Source: a virus. Taken from it: 64,000 nt of DNA. The stretch spans positions 1-64,000 of the IMG/VR virus record IMGVR_UViG_3300032242_001192. The stretch is one strand, 5' to 3'. The notes under the pieces were generated by a model. It saw only the letters and a list, made by a program, of their open reading frames with translations. It was not told the DNA's origin and made no database searches. Shown here one piece after another: positions 30,559 through 40,454 of the stretch (the stretch's first letter is position 1; the number at the start of each line of letters is the position of its first letter). A program made the position numbers and the translations under genes.

Positions 30559-32133
30559 ATGGCAGTTAAACTATTTGGTTTTACCTTTGGTAAGGAAGAA
30601 GACCCCATTGATAGAAAAATGCAGGGGTTCGCTACACCTGTATCTGACGATGGAGCATCCACAGTACAGGCAGGTGGATATTTTGGAACGTATGTTGATT
30701 TAGATGCAACCGCAAAATCTGAGTATGAATTAATTACCAGATATAGAGAAGCATCTTTATATGCGGATTGTGCGGGAGCAGTTGACGAAATTTTAACTGA
30801 GGCAATAGCAGCAGTTGATGATGAGGCAGCGGTACAAATTAATTTAGATCAGCTGGATATTCCAGAAGATATTAAAGATACAATTATTAATGAATTTGAT
30901 TATCTATATAAATTAATAGATTTTAATGAAAAGGGAATGGATTATTTTAGACGTTGGTATATCGACGGCAGAATATATCTTCAGAAAATAATTGATACTA
31001 AAAATCCAAAAAGAGGAATTTTAGAAACTCTAATTATTGATCCTAGAAAAATTAAAAAGATTCGTGAAGTTAAAAAAGAAAGAGATAAAGATTCAGGTAT
31101 TGATATTATCAAATCTACTGAAGAGTTTTTCTTATATAATGAAAAAGGGATTACATATAACCAAGGTTATACAGCAACAACTGCTCCTAACTCTGGTATA
31201 AAAATTGCAACTGACGCTATTACATTCGTACCATCTGGATTAATGGATTTGGATAAGAATGTAGTGTTAGGTTATTTACATAAGGCTATTAAGCCTGTGA
31301 ATCAATTAAAGATGATGGAAGATTCTTTAGTAATCTATAGATTAGCTAGAGCTCCTGAAAGAAGAATATTTTATATTGATGTTGGTAATTTACCAAAGAT
31401 TAAAGCCGAACAATATTTAAAAGATATTATGGCGAGATATCGTAACAAGATTGTATACGATTCAAATACTGGTGAAGTTAGAGACGATAGAAAAATGATG
31501 ACAATGCTTGAGGATTTCTGGCTACCAAGACGTGAAGGTGGTAAAGGTACAGAAATTACTACATTGCCAGGTGGAGAAAGTTTAGGGCAGATTGAGGATA
31601 TCAATTATTTTCAGACTAAATTATATCAATCGTTAAATGTACCTATTTCAAGATTGCAGCCACAGACAGGTATATCGTTTGGTAGAGCAACAGAGATAAC
31701 AAGAGACGAATTAAAATTTGCTAAGTTTGTTGGAAGATTAAGAAAGAAGTTTAATGAGCTATTTCAAGATTTATTGAAAACTCAACTTATTTTAAAGGGT
31801 GTTATAACAGACAAAGATTGGAACCAAATTAAGGCAGGCATTCAATATAGATATGCGCAGGATCAGTATTTTGAAGAAATGAAAAATGCTGAGAATTTGA
31901 GAAACAGAATAGATTTATTGACACAGATGCAACCATTTGTAGGTGCATATTACAGTCAAGAATATGTTATGAAAAATATCTTAAGAATGTCTGATAAGGA
32001 AATGCAAGCGATGAAGGCACAGATTGAGTCTGAACCTCCACCGCCGCAAGTAGGTATGCCGGGTATGCCACCAGGTCAGATGCCTGCGGGGCAAGCTCCA
32101 GGAGCACCCGAAGGCTATACCCAACAAGGTTAA
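30559..32133 (+). CDS. gp20: Portal protein gp20
   Basis: FRRWYIDGR, YLHKAIKP.NQLKMMEDSLVIYRLARAPERRIFYIDVGNLPK.KAEQYL, EDFWLPRREGGKGTEITTLPGG. Confidence 0.97.
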   Translation: MAVKLFGFTFGKEEDPIDRKMQGFATPVSDDGASTVQAGGYFGTYVDLDATAKSEYELITRYREASLYADCAGAVDEILTEAIAAVDDEAAVQINLDQLDIPEDIKDTIINEFDYLYKLIDFNEKGMDYFRRWYIDGRIYLQKIIDTKNPKRGILETLIIDPRKIKKIREVKKERDKDSGIDIIKSTEEFFLYNEKGITYNQGYTATTAPNSGIKIATDAITFVPSGLMDLDKNVVLGYLHKAIKPVNQLKMMEDSLVIYRLARAPERRIFYIDVGNLPKIKAEQYLKDIMARYRNKIVYDSNTGEVRDDRKMMTMLEDFWLPRREGGKGTEITTLPGGESLGQIEDINYFQTKLYQSLNVPISRLQPQTGISFGRATEITRDELKFAKFVGRLRKKFNELFQDLLKTQLILKGVITDKDWNQIKAGIQYRYAQDQYFEEMKNAENLRNRIDLLTQMQPFVGAYYSQEYVMKNILRMSDKEMQAMKAQIESEPPPPQVGMPGMPPGQMPAGQAPGAPEGYTQQG

Positions 32134-32141
32134 TATAAATA
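32134..32141 (+). promoter_or_regulatory. T4 late promoter TATAAATA
   Basis: Exact consensus immediately after gp20 stop. Confidence 0.85.
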
Positions 32142-32166
32142 AATAATGATCAGTAAAGGAATAATT

Positions 32167-32346
32167 ATGGAATCGACAGCAATACAACAAATGGTTGACA
32201 ATATTATTTTAGGCAACCAACACGATGCGATTAAGAATTTTAATGATGCAATGGGTTTCAAATTATCAGATGCACTTGATGCTAAGAAAACGGAAATTGC
32301 ATCCTCAATAGGAAAAACGGAAGTAACCGACGATGAAACAGTTTAA
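32167..32346 (+). CDS. Prohead core protein, gp67-like
   Basis: Position after gp20; A...F...M..K....L...K.EIA pattern; AAGGA SD before ATG 32167. Confidence 0.7.
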   Translation: MESTAIQQMVDNIILGNQHDAIKNFNDAMGFKLSDALDAKKTEIASSIGKTEVTDDETV

Positions 32347-33253
32347 ATCTTTAAGAGAAGAAACTTTAGAAGAAAAATTAAAAGCATCGGATCCTGCTGG
32401 AACGTACATTCACGATTTTGTACATTCTGACAATCCTAAGTTTGCAGGTAAGTCTAAAGCTAAACGTATTCAAATGGCTTTGGCTGCTTCTTATGCAGCT
32501 AAAGGTAAATCAAGAAACGAAGACGTTGAGCTGGATGAAGAAACAAAGACTATGAGTCGCGCTGCCAAAGGTGTAATGAAGTATGGCAAAGATGGTATGC
32601 AAGCTCTATCTAAGGCAGGCAAAGAAGGAAAGAACTTAGACAAGGTTCGTAGCAAATACAATAAGTATGATGAGTCCGTAGATGAAGGAATGATGGATGC
32701 CGTTAAAACAATGGCCAAGAAAGCAACTAAAGCTTTGACAGGCGGCTCAGATGAAGATCAATTAAAGAATTTACAAAAGAAGATGGGCGTGCCTCAAACA
32801 GGCAAGAAACCTACATCTGAAGAAACAGAATTAGACGAGGCGTCTTATTCAGCAAAAGCAGCTCGTGCAGGTAAAGACATTGGCAAGCCAGGAAAAAACT
32901 TTTCTAAGATTGCAAAAGATGCAGGTAAGCGTTATGGTTCTAAGGCAGCAGGTAATCGCGTAGCCGGAGCAATACTAGCAAAACTAAGAAAAGAAGAAAC
33001 AGAATTAGATGAAGTTAATATGACTGCTCACATTAAGCGTCAAGCAACCAAATTAAGAATGAAAGCTGGTGGTATCAAAATAAACCAACCAACTACAAGA
33101 GCTCCTTTTCCGGCACCAACTTCTACAAGCGAAGGAACAGTTCAAGATGTTGCAGACGCTTCTATGAATCTTATTGGACAAAGTGCAAGTGCTTTAAATA
33201 AAGTTACTAAAGGAAAAGATCCTAGTTCATTGGTTGGCAAGAAAACAAAATAA
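32333..33253 (+). CDS. Prohead core/internal head protein (gp68 position) with L-D-E repeat linkers
   Basis: MK.FK.LRE start; IHDFVHSDNPKFAGKSK.KRIQMALAA module; repeated (T)ELDE; 17-nt exact repeat gaagaaacagaattaga at 32819 and 32993. Confidence 0.65.
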   Translation: MKQFKSLREETLEEKLKASDPAGTYIHDFVHSDNPKFAGKSKAKRIQMALAASYAAKGKSRNEDVELDEETKTMSRAAKGVMKYGKDGMQALSKAGKEGKNLDKVRSKYNKYDESVDEGMMDAVKTMAKKATKALTGGSDEDQLKNLQKKMGVPQTGKKPTSEETELDEASYSAKAARAGKDIGKPGKNFSKIAKDAGKRYGSKAAGNRVAGAILAKLRKEETELDEVNMTAHIKRQATKLRMKAGGIKINQPTTRAPFPAPTSTSEGTVQDVADASMNLIGQSASALNKVTKGKDPSSLVGKKTK

Positions 33254-33262
33254 GAGAATCAA

Positions 33263-33664
33263 ATGGCAGTAACAACAACTATTCTTAAAAATACAAGACA
33301 GCAAACTATAGTTAAGTTTGTTGGAGATGGTCAAGCTAATCTAACATACCTTGATGCTATGTATGCTGGCGATGTTATGGACATGCCAAATATTTCTATG
33401 CCAATTACTCAGTTAGCATGGTCTACATCTGACGCAAACTTTAATCCAATTTATATTAAGAGACCTTTTACTGCTACAGCGAATACTCATATTTTACATA
33501 GTGCAGATAATTGGTCATTGGCACAAGCATATGGAATAGCAGATACATCAAACGCAAGTTCAAATATTAATGTTATATTACCTGCAGGTGGAGCTACACT
33601 ATACTTAACAATTTCTAAACCAGGTGGTTTCGTTGCACCTGATCTACAAGCTAATAGAAAATAA
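33263..33664 (+). CDS. Hypothetical virion protein upstream of gp21
   Basis: 133-aa ORF with SD at the position commonly occupied by a small structural gene. Confidence 0.6.
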   Translation: MAVTTTILKNTRQQTIVKFVGDGQANLTYLDAMYAGDVMDMPNISMPITQLAWSTSDANFNPIYIKRPFTATANTHILHSADNWSLAQAYGIADTSNASSNINVILPAGGATLYLTISKPGGFVAPDLQANRK

Positions 33665-33677
33665 CTAAGAGAACTAT

Positions 33678-34328
33678 ATGAAACTAATTAAAGAAGTTGC
33701 ACAGGATTTAAATTATCTTGTAGAAGCAAAAGAAGGTGGAGGAAAGAATGTCTATATCGAAGGCATCTTTGCTCAGTCGGATACACCAAATAGAAACAAG
33801 CGTACATATGGTAAAGATATCATGGAACGTGAAGTTAGCAACTATCAAAAGTTAATTGGGGAAAAGCGTTCTTTAGGAGAGCTTGGTCATCCGGAGAATC
33901 CTTCTATCAACCTTCATCAGGTTTCCCACCTAATAACTAGCCTAAGAATGGAAGGCAAAGATGTTATTGGTAGAGCAAAAATTTTAGAAACTCCAATGGG
34001 AGTTATTGCAAAGAATTTAATAGAAAATGAAGTTCGTTTGGGCGTATCTACAAGAGGCTTGGGATCGTTAAAAATGAACTCTGAAGGTATCAATGAAGTG
34101 CAAGATGACTTTTATCTAGCAACAGTTGATATCGTCGCTGACCCGTCCGCCCCAGACGCCTTTGTGCAAGGAATAATGGAAAATGCAGAATGGGTGCTAG
34201 AGAATGGCGTATGGAAAGCGATGGATGTTGAAATTGCACAAAGACAAATCAAGAAGACTTCTGCTAAGAATTTAGACGAAGTTAAATTACAAATATTTGA
34301 AAAGTTTGTTAATCAATTGTCTAGGTAA
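33678..34328 (+). CDS. gp21: Prohead protease gp21
   Basis: YIEGIF.Q....NRN.R.Y, GELGHP, LGVSTRGLGSL, DIVADPSAPDAFV.GIME. Confidence 0.97.
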   Translation: MKLIKEVAQDLNYLVEAKEGGGKNVYIEGIFAQSDTPNRNKRTYGKDIMEREVSNYQKLIGEKRSLGELGHPENPSINLHQVSHLITSLRMEGKDVIGRAKILETPMGVIAKNLIENEVRLGVSTRGLGSLKMNSEGINEVQDDFYLATVDIVADPSAPDAFVQGIMENAEWVLENGVWKAMDVEIAQRQIKKTSAKNLDEVKLQIFEKFVNQLSR

Positions 34329-34335
34329 CTAGAAT

Positions 34336-34343
34336 TATAAATA
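34336..34343 (+). promoter_or_regulatory. T4 late promoter TATAAATA
   Basis: Exact consensus upstream of gp22. Confidence 0.85.
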
Positions 34344-34378
34344 TTGATTGAGAATATTCATACATTTAGGAGACACTA

Positions 34379-35572
34379 ATGTCAGTAGAAAGTAAAGTTA
34401 AGGAATTGCTAAATCGCGTTTCTGAAAAGGCTTCATTAAATGAAGACTTAGGCCAACCGCGCCAAGGTGATTCGAAGGATGCCCCAAAGGCTGGCCAAAT
34501 GGTTCCAACCAGCGGCAAGGATTCAACTCTTAGCCCAGCAAACTCTGGCGATCATAGTCAGCCTAAGCAGGGTGATTCAAAGGAAGCATCTTTTGAAACA
34601 CGTGAAGGTTCTGATGATAACCAAGGAGCGAAAGTATCCGGCGGTATATCTAAGAACGATATCCAAATGAAGGGTCCTGTTGGTGCAGCACCAAACTTCA
34701 CAACAACAAAAGATTTAAAACAGATTCCTCAGAACACAGGTATTCATATGCAACATGAAGATACTGAAGAAGATGAAAATCTAGAAGTTGTTGCAGAAGA
34801 AGAACAAGTGGAAGATGAAGAGACAACAGAAACTACTGTTGAACCTATTGATCTTTCTCCAATTTTCGGTGAAGATTTATCCGAAGATTTCAGACAAAAG
34901 GCAACATCCATTTTCGAGGCAGCAGTTATTGCTCGCGTAAATAACGAAATGGAAAAAGTTGCTGAGGCATTAGAAGAAAAATATGCTGAAGAATTTGCAG
35001 AATACAAAGACAGTATTGTAGAAAAAGTAGATGCATACATGAACTATGTGGTTGAAAGCTACATGGAAGAAAACAAATTAGCGATTGAAAATGGTCTTCG
35101 CACTGAGATTGCAGAAGATTTCATGTCGGGTCTAAAGGCGCTCTTCAAAGAACATTACATTGAAGTGCCTGAAGAAAAATATGATGTAATAGGTGAATTA
35201 CAAGCTAAGGTAACAGAGTTGGAAGAAAGCTTAAATGCTCAGGTAGACAACAATGTGGGATTAAATACCGAAGTAACAGATTTAAAGCGTTCTCTTATTA
35301 TCAAGGAAATGTCTAGCGATCTAGCAGATACAGAAGTAAGTAAACTAACAAAACTTTTAGAAGGTGTTGATTTCGAAAATGCAGAAATCTACAAAGAAAA
35401 AGTTTCCGTTATTAAGGAAAATTATTTCCCTAAAGAGGCTGCTGCAAAAACAGCGAAAAAAGAGTCTCGCACATTGTTAGAAGACACAAGCATTGAGCCT
35501 AAGTTCACTGAAAGCAACGATGTTGTTTCAGCGTATGCAAGCGCCTTATCAAGAACAATCAAAAGAACATAA
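34379..35572 (+). CDS. gp22: Prohead scaffold protein gp22
   Basis: LSEDF..KA..IFEAAV, KVD.Y.NYVVE..M.EN.LAIE.GLR.EIAE.FM.GLK.LF.EHYI.VP.EK. Confidence 0.95.
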   Translation: MSVESKVKELLNRVSEKASLNEDLGQPRQGDSKDAPKAGQMVPTSGKDSTLSPANSGDHSQPKQGDSKEASFETREGSDDNQGAKVSGGISKNDIQMKGPVGAAPNFTTTKDLKQIPQNTGIHMQHEDTEEDENLEVVAEEEQVEDEETTETTVEPIDLSPIFGEDLSEDFRQKATSIFEAAVIARVNNEMEKVAEALEEKYAEEFAEYKDSIVEKVDAYMNYVVESYMEENKLAIENGLRTEIAEDFMSGLKALFKEHYIEVPEEKYDVIGELQAKVTELEESLNAQVDNNVGLNTEVTDLKRSLIIKEMSSDLADTEVSKLTKLLEGVDFENAEIYKEKVSVIKENYFPKEAAAKTAKKESRTLLEDTSIEPKFTESNDVVSAYASALSRTIKRT

Positions 35573-35574
35573 CT

Positions 35575-35582
35575 TATAAATA
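35575..35582 (+). promoter_or_regulatory. T4 late promoter TATAAATA
   Basis: Exact consensus upstream of gp23, with AAGGAG SD. Confidence 0.9.
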
Positions 35583-35620
35583 AATAAGTCCAATTTAAAA
35601 AGTCACTAAAGGAGACATAA

Positions 35621-36916
35621 ATGTTTTTATCCGAAAACATCCAAGAAAAATGGTCAGCCATTTTGGATCACGCAGATCTTCCACAGATCAAAGACAACTA
35701 CAAGCGTCAAGTAACAGCAATTTTGCTTGAGAATCAAGAAAAGTCTTTACGCGAAGAGCGTCAAGCACTATTCGAAACACCAACAAACAACATCAGCGCA
35801 ACATCTGGTATTGACAAGTATGACCCAATCCTAATCGGTTTGGTTCGTCGTGCTATGCCAAACCTAATGGCTTATGACATTTGCGGTGTACAACCAATGA
35901 CAGGCCCAACAGGTTTGATCTTCGCAATGAGATCTCTATACCAAGGTTCTGGCGCAACAGGTCGTTCTGATACTACGAATCGTCGTGAGGCATTGTTCAA
36001 CGAAGCCAACACAGCGTTCTCTAGCTCATTCACTGATGCTACAGGCAACAACCCAGTAAGCGGTACTTATAATACTGGTAACGCTACAACAACAGGCTCA
36101 ATGGAAGGTCAAACAGACTTTGCTGAGATGTCATTCTCAATTGACAAGACAACAGTAACTGCTAAGTCACGTGCTTTAAAGGCAGAGTACACTGTTGAAT
36201 TGGCACAAGACTTAAAAGCAATTCACGGTCTTGATGCAGAAGCAGAATTATCAAACATCTTGTCACAAGAATTCATGTTTGAAATCAACAGAGAAATCGT
36301 TAGAACAATCTACAAGGTTGCTAAGAACGGTTCTCCAGCAACAGCAACAGCAGGTACATTTGACCTAGACGTTGACTCTAACGGTCGCTGGTCTGTTGAG
36401 CGTTTCAAAGGTCTATTGTTCAACATTGAACGTGATGCTAACCACATTGCACAAGATACTCGTAGAGGAAAAGGTAACTTCATCGTTTGTTCTGCAGACG
36501 TTGCAAGTGCATTAGCTATGTCTGGTGTTCTAGACTATACTCCAGCTCTATCGACAAACTTAAATGTTGACGATACAGGCAACACATTCGCAGGTGTATT
36601 GAACGGTCGTTTCCGTGTTTACATTGATCCATATTCTGCAAACCTAGGTGCAGCAAACCAGTTCTACATGGTCGGTTATAAGGGTACTAGCCCATATGAC
36701 GCAGGTATGTTCTATTGCCCATATGTACCACTGCAAATGGTTCGTGCTATCGACCCTAACAGCTTCCAGCCAAAGATCGGCTTCAAGACACGTTATGGTT
36801 TGATTGCTAACCCATATGTAACATCTGCAGATGGTTTATCAGATGCAGACGCAGACAAATTCACATCAGCTCGCAACCAATATTATCGCAAGACTAAGGT
36901 TGTGAACTTAATGTAA
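35621..36916 (+). CDS. gp23: Major capsid protein gp23
   Basis: DPILIGLVRRAMPNLMAYDICGVQPMTGPTGLIFAMR, AKSRALKAEYT.ELAQDLKAIHGLDAE, FQPKIGFKTRYG. Confidence 0.98.
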   Translation: MFLSENIQEKWSAILDHADLPQIKDNYKRQVTAILLENQEKSLREERQALFETPTNNISATSGIDKYDPILIGLVRRAMPNLMAYDICGVQPMTGPTGLIFAMRSLYQGSGATGRSDTTNRREALFNEANTAFSSSFTDATGNNPVSGTYNTGNATTTGSMEGQTDFAEMSFSIDKTTVTAKSRALKAEYTVELAQDLKAIHGLDAEAELSNILSQEFMFEINREIVRTIYKVAKNGSPATATAGTFDLDVDSNGRWSVERFKGLLFNIERDANHIAQDTRRGKGNFIVCSADVASALAMSGVLDYTPALSTNLNVDDTGNTFAGVLNGRFRVYIDPYSANLGAANQFYMVGYKGTSPYDAGMFYCPYVPLQMVRAIDPNSFQPKIGFKTRYGLIANPYVTSADGLSDADADKFTSARNQYYRKTKVVNLM

Positions 36917-36943
36917 TTAAGTAGCCGACAAAGATCGGAATTT

Positions 36944-36970
36944 AAAGGGGGAAGCAATTCCCCCTTTTTT
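36944..36970 (+). terminator. Rho-independent terminator after gp23
   Basis: aaagggggaa-GCAA-ttcccccttt stem-loop followed by U-tract. Confidence 0.92.
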
Positions 36971-36985
36971 AACCTTTGTAACGGC

Positions 36986-36993
36986 TATAAATA
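36986..36993 (+). promoter_or_regulatory. T4 late promoter TATAAATA
   Basis: Exact consensus upstream of gp3. Confidence 0.85.
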
Positions 36994-37015
36994 TATAAGA
37001 TGAAAGAGAGAATAA

Positions 37016-37603
37016 ATGTCATATACAGCAAACATTAGTTATATACAAGATAGTTTGGTTAAATCCCATACTACTAGTTATGATTTCTTAAGACCGAATG
37101 CATTCAAATTCAGTATTAAGGATTTGCCAAGGACATCGTTTTCGTGTCAATCTGCAAACATACCTGATTTGCAATTAGGGTTTGCAACACAACCAACTCC
37201 ATTTTCGGACGTACCGACTATAGGAGACAAATTGAACTTTGGTGAGTTTACTATTCGGTTTATTATTGCGGAGGATATGTCCAATTATATAGAAATGTAT
37301 CGTTGGTTAGTTGCTTTGGGTTTCCCGGACAATTACAAACAGTTCCAAACATTCACAAAAGATAGACCAAGTAGATTTCCATTTGTAACAAAATCAAGTG
37401 GAAAAGAAGAAGTTTTGGCTTACTCGGATGGAGTATTGACTATTCTCGACTCGACAAACACGCCTAAAGTAAATATAATATTTAAAAACCTGTTCCCAAC
37501 ATCTTTACAGGCCTTAGATTTTGACATATCGTCAGCAACCGTAGAATATTTTACCGCGATCGCATCGTTCAAATATACTATTTTCGAAGTAGAACCTTTA
37601 TAA
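37016..37603 (+). CDS. gp3: Tail completion/tube terminator gp3
   Basis: FL.PN.FKF.I..LP...F.CQSANIP, GDKL.F....IRF...EDM.NY.E.Y.W, SDG.LTIL.S, FP.SL....FD. Confidence 0.9.
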   Translation: MSYTANISYIQDSLVKSHTTSYDFLRPNAFKFSIKDLPRTSFSCQSANIPDLQLGFATQPTPFSDVPTIGDKLNFGEFTIRFIIAEDMSNYIEMYRWLVALGFPDNYKQFQTFTKDRPSRFPFVTKSSGKEEVLAYSDGVLTILDSTNTPKVNIIFKNLFPTSLQALDFDISSATVEYFTAIASFKYTIFEVEPL

Positions 37604-37620
37604 TATAACTTGGAGTTATT

Positions 37621-38514
37621 ATGGATAAAAAGAAATTAAACAAAGTTACGCCAATGGCGCTACCAAAAGTACCGTCATTGCCAAAGGCGGGACAACCTCA
37701 AGCACCTACACAAAATGATGGTAAGCTTGAAGTAAAATTAGAAGATCTTCGCAAAGAAAGAATCTTTATCGCAACACCTTGTTATGGTGGACAACTAACA
37801 GAAGCATACTTCCGTTCAACAATTAGATTGTTAACATTCTGTAATCAACATCAAATCCCAGTTGCATTTGGTACTATTGCAAATGAGTCATTAGTTACTC
37901 GTGCTCGCAATGTGCTTGTTGCATATTTCCTACAAAGCGATTTTACTCGTTTAATGTTTATTGATGCGGACATTGAATTCCAAGTAGAAGACGTAATTAA
38001 ATTAATTGCGCATAATAAAGATGTAGCAGTAGGTGCCTATCCTAAGAAGGGTGTTAATTGGCAACGCATTCGCGAATCTGTTAAGGCAACAAATGAGCCA
38101 TATACAGATCAACAGATTGCATCTTTCGGTAGTGACTATGCTATTAACTTCAAGTTCGTTAATCGCGAGGCAAAGCAAATCGCTATTGAGAATGGTCTAA
38201 TTCGTTTGCACGATGGAGCAACAGGATTCATGATGATTAAGCGTGAAGTTATTGATAAGATGATTAAGCAATATCCTGAGCTTAAGTATAACAACGATTT
38301 GAACACACCTCCAGAATTGAATCCTCATTTCTATGCGTTCTTTGATACTATGATTGATCCTAAAGATAAGCGTTACTTATCTGAGGATTATACCTTCTCA
38401 CGCAGATGGCAAGACATGGGCGGTGAGATTTGGCTTGATCCTTCAATCTCATTGAACCACTATGGTTCATTCAACTTCCAAGGCAATCCTCAGCAAATTA
38501 TCCAAATCGGTTAA
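37621..38514 (+). CDS. GT-A fold glycosyltransferase-like protein
   Basis: IFIATPCYGG, ESLVTRARN, LMFIDADI (DxD), GATGFMMIKR, YLSEDY.F. Confidence 0.75.
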   Translation: MDKKKLNKVTPMALPKVPSLPKAGQPQAPTQNDGKLEVKLEDLRKERIFIATPCYGGQLTEAYFRSTIRLLTFCNQHQIPVAFGTIANESLVTRARNVLVAYFLQSDFTRLMFIDADIEFQVEDVIKLIAHNKDVAVGAYPKKGVNWQRIRESVKATNEPYTDQQIASFGSDYAINFKFVNREAKQIAIENGLIRLHDGATGFMMIKREVIDKMIKQYPELKYNNDLNTPPELNPHFYAFFDTMIDPKDKRYLSEDYTFSRRWQDMGGEIWLDPSISLNHYGSFNFQGNPQQIIQIG

Positions 38515-38529
38515 TCCCGATTCTATATT

Positions 38530-38970
38530 ATGAAATTGACAGAGCTCCAAGATGAGTGGGCGAAGGATTGTAAAATCAATGAATTGAATCTAGGGCAGGA
38601 GTCTATAAAAACTCCTAACCTACATTCAAAGTATTTGAACTTTCTTTCATCTACTAGATTAAATCTTCGTAAAGCAGAATCTGATTATTTAAATTGCCGA
38701 CGTAAAAAGTATCGCTATTACAGAGGTGAAATGACACAAGAAGAGCTTGACGAAGAAGGTTGGGATCAATGGTTAGGAAATAAACCGTTAAAGAATGAAA
38801 TGGATGAGTTCTTAACTGTAGATACACATCTTGTTCAATATCAAGATAAAGTTGAATACTTTAAAACAGTATTATATCAGTTGGAACAAATTGTTCGCTC
38901 TATTAACAGTAGAGGTTGGGATATTAAAAATGCTATTGAATGGCAAAAATTTACTAACGGTATGATGTGA
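38530..38970 (+). CDS. uvsY: Recombination mediator UvsY
   Basis: W.KD..I.E..L..ES.K.P.LHSKYL, YY.G, I..R.W.IKNAIEW.KF..G. Confidence 0.92.
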   Translation: MKLTELQDEWAKDCKINELNLGQESIKTPNLHSKYLNFLSSTRLNLRKAESDYLNCRRKKYRYYRGEMTQEELDEEGWDQWLGNKPLKNEMDEFLTVDTHLVQYQDKVEYFKTVLYQLEQIVRSINSRGWDIKNAIEWQKFTNGMM

Positions 38971-40454
38971 TGGCAGATATCTTTTTATCCAAAAAGGATG
39001 AGGTGCATCTCAAGGTTAAATGTGAACCTTCAATTGGACAAGAATTGAACGATCATTTTGCCTTTGATGTACCGGGTGCTAAGTTTCATCCTTTATATAA
39101 AGCAAGAATGTGGGACGGCAAAGTTCGTCTCTATTCTATGTTTACGCAAGAACTTTATGTTGGATTAAAAGAATATCTGGAGCGTTTCTGTGAAGAGCGA
39201 GATTATACTATAGATTATGAAAACTATATTCACACTGCAGATTCAGCAACGTATGATATAGTTAGAAAATTTTGTGAGGATTTAAATCTCGGATCAAAGG
39301 GCAAGCCTTTAGAAATACGAGATTATCAAATTGATGCTGTTTATAAAGCAATTGAAAATGGAAGACAATTATTACTATCCCCTACAGGATCGGGTAAATC
39401 TTTAATCATATATTGCTTACTCCGCTGGAATGAACGATTCAATAGAAGACAATTAATACTTGTTCCAACAACCTCCCTTGTAGAACAAATGTACTCAGAC
39501 TTTCAAGACTATTCTTGTCTTAATGGTTGGAAAACATCTGAGCATTGCCATCGCATTTATGGTGGTCATGAAAAATCAAATGAATATGATGTTGTCATTA
39601 GTACATGGCAATCATTATATAAATTACCAAAACCTTTCTTTAAAGACTTTAAAGTAATTTATGGCGACGAAGCCCATAATTTTAAAGCAAAATCCTTAAC
39701 AAGCATACTATCCAAATGTACAACTACTCCTTACAGAGTAGGTACAACGGGAACACTTGACGGAACTAAAACTCATAAACTAGTATTAGAAGGATTGTTT
39801 GGTCCTGTATATAAAGTAACAACAACTAAGAAACTAATTTCGGATAAGACATTAGCTGATCTTGAAATCTTTAATATAGTTTTAGAATATACTGATGAAA
39901 TTCGCAAGGCATCTAAATCGTTATCTTATCAAGATGAAATGGATTTTATAGTTCAATATGAACCTAGAAATAAATTTATTAGAAATCTTGCTCTAAAACA
40001 AGAAGGCAACACTTTAGTGTTGTTTCAGTATGTTGAAAAACACGGTAAACCTTTATCTGAAATGATTAAGGAAAAAGCAGGAAACAGAAAAGTGTTTTTT
40101 GTTTACGGCGGGACAGATACAGAACAACGAGAGAATATACGAAAGATAACAGAATTGGAAAATGATGCTATTATCGTAGCAAGCTATGGAACATTCTCTA
40201 CGGGAATAAATATTAAAAACCTACATAATATCATTTTTGCTTCTCCTTCGAAATCTCGTATTAGAAATTTACAATCTATTGGACGAGGACTTAGAACAAG
40301 TGAAAGTAAAACATCATGTAAATTATATGATATTGCTGATGATTTGAGTTGGAAGAATAAAAAGAACTATACATTATTGCATATGATTGAAAGAATTAAA
40401 ATTTATAATGATGAGCATTTCAACTATAAATTAGTAAAGGTACCGTTACAATGA
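38970..40454 (+). CDS. uvsW: UvsW SF2 DNA helicase
   Basis: F.VPGAKF.P.YK...WDGK, RDYQ, SPTGSGKS, GDEAH, TGTL, TFSTGINIKNLHN.IFASPSKSRIRNLQSIGR. Confidence 0.97.
   Translation: MADIFLSKKDEVHLKVKCEPSIGQELNDHFAFDVPGAKFHPLYKARMWDGKVRLYSMFTQELYVGLKEYLERFCEERDYTIDYENYIHTADSATYDIVRKFCEDLNLGSKGKPLEIRDYQIDAVYKAIENGRQLLLSPTGSGKSLIIYCLLRWNERFNRRQLILVPTTSLVEQMYSDFQDYSCLNGWKTSEHCHRIYGGHEKSNEYDVVISTWQSLYKLPKPFFKDFKVIYGDEAHNFKAKSLTSILSKCTTTPYRVGTTGTLDGTKTHKLVLEGLFGPVYKVTTTKKLISDKTLADLEIFNIVLEYTDEIRKASKSLSYQDEMDFIVQYEPRNKFIRNLALKQEGNTLVLFQYVEKHGKPLSEMIKEKAGNRKVFFVYGGTDTEQRENIRKITELENDAIIVASYGTFSTGINIKNLHNIIFASPSKSRIRNLQSIGRGLRTSESKTSCKLYDIADDLSWKNKKNYTLLHMIERIKIYNDEHFNYKLVKVPLQ

Noticed and set aside
36925-36938. 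Small ccga/tcgg hairpin before the gp23 terminator
   Set aside because: 4-bp stem; too weak to call an RNA element.
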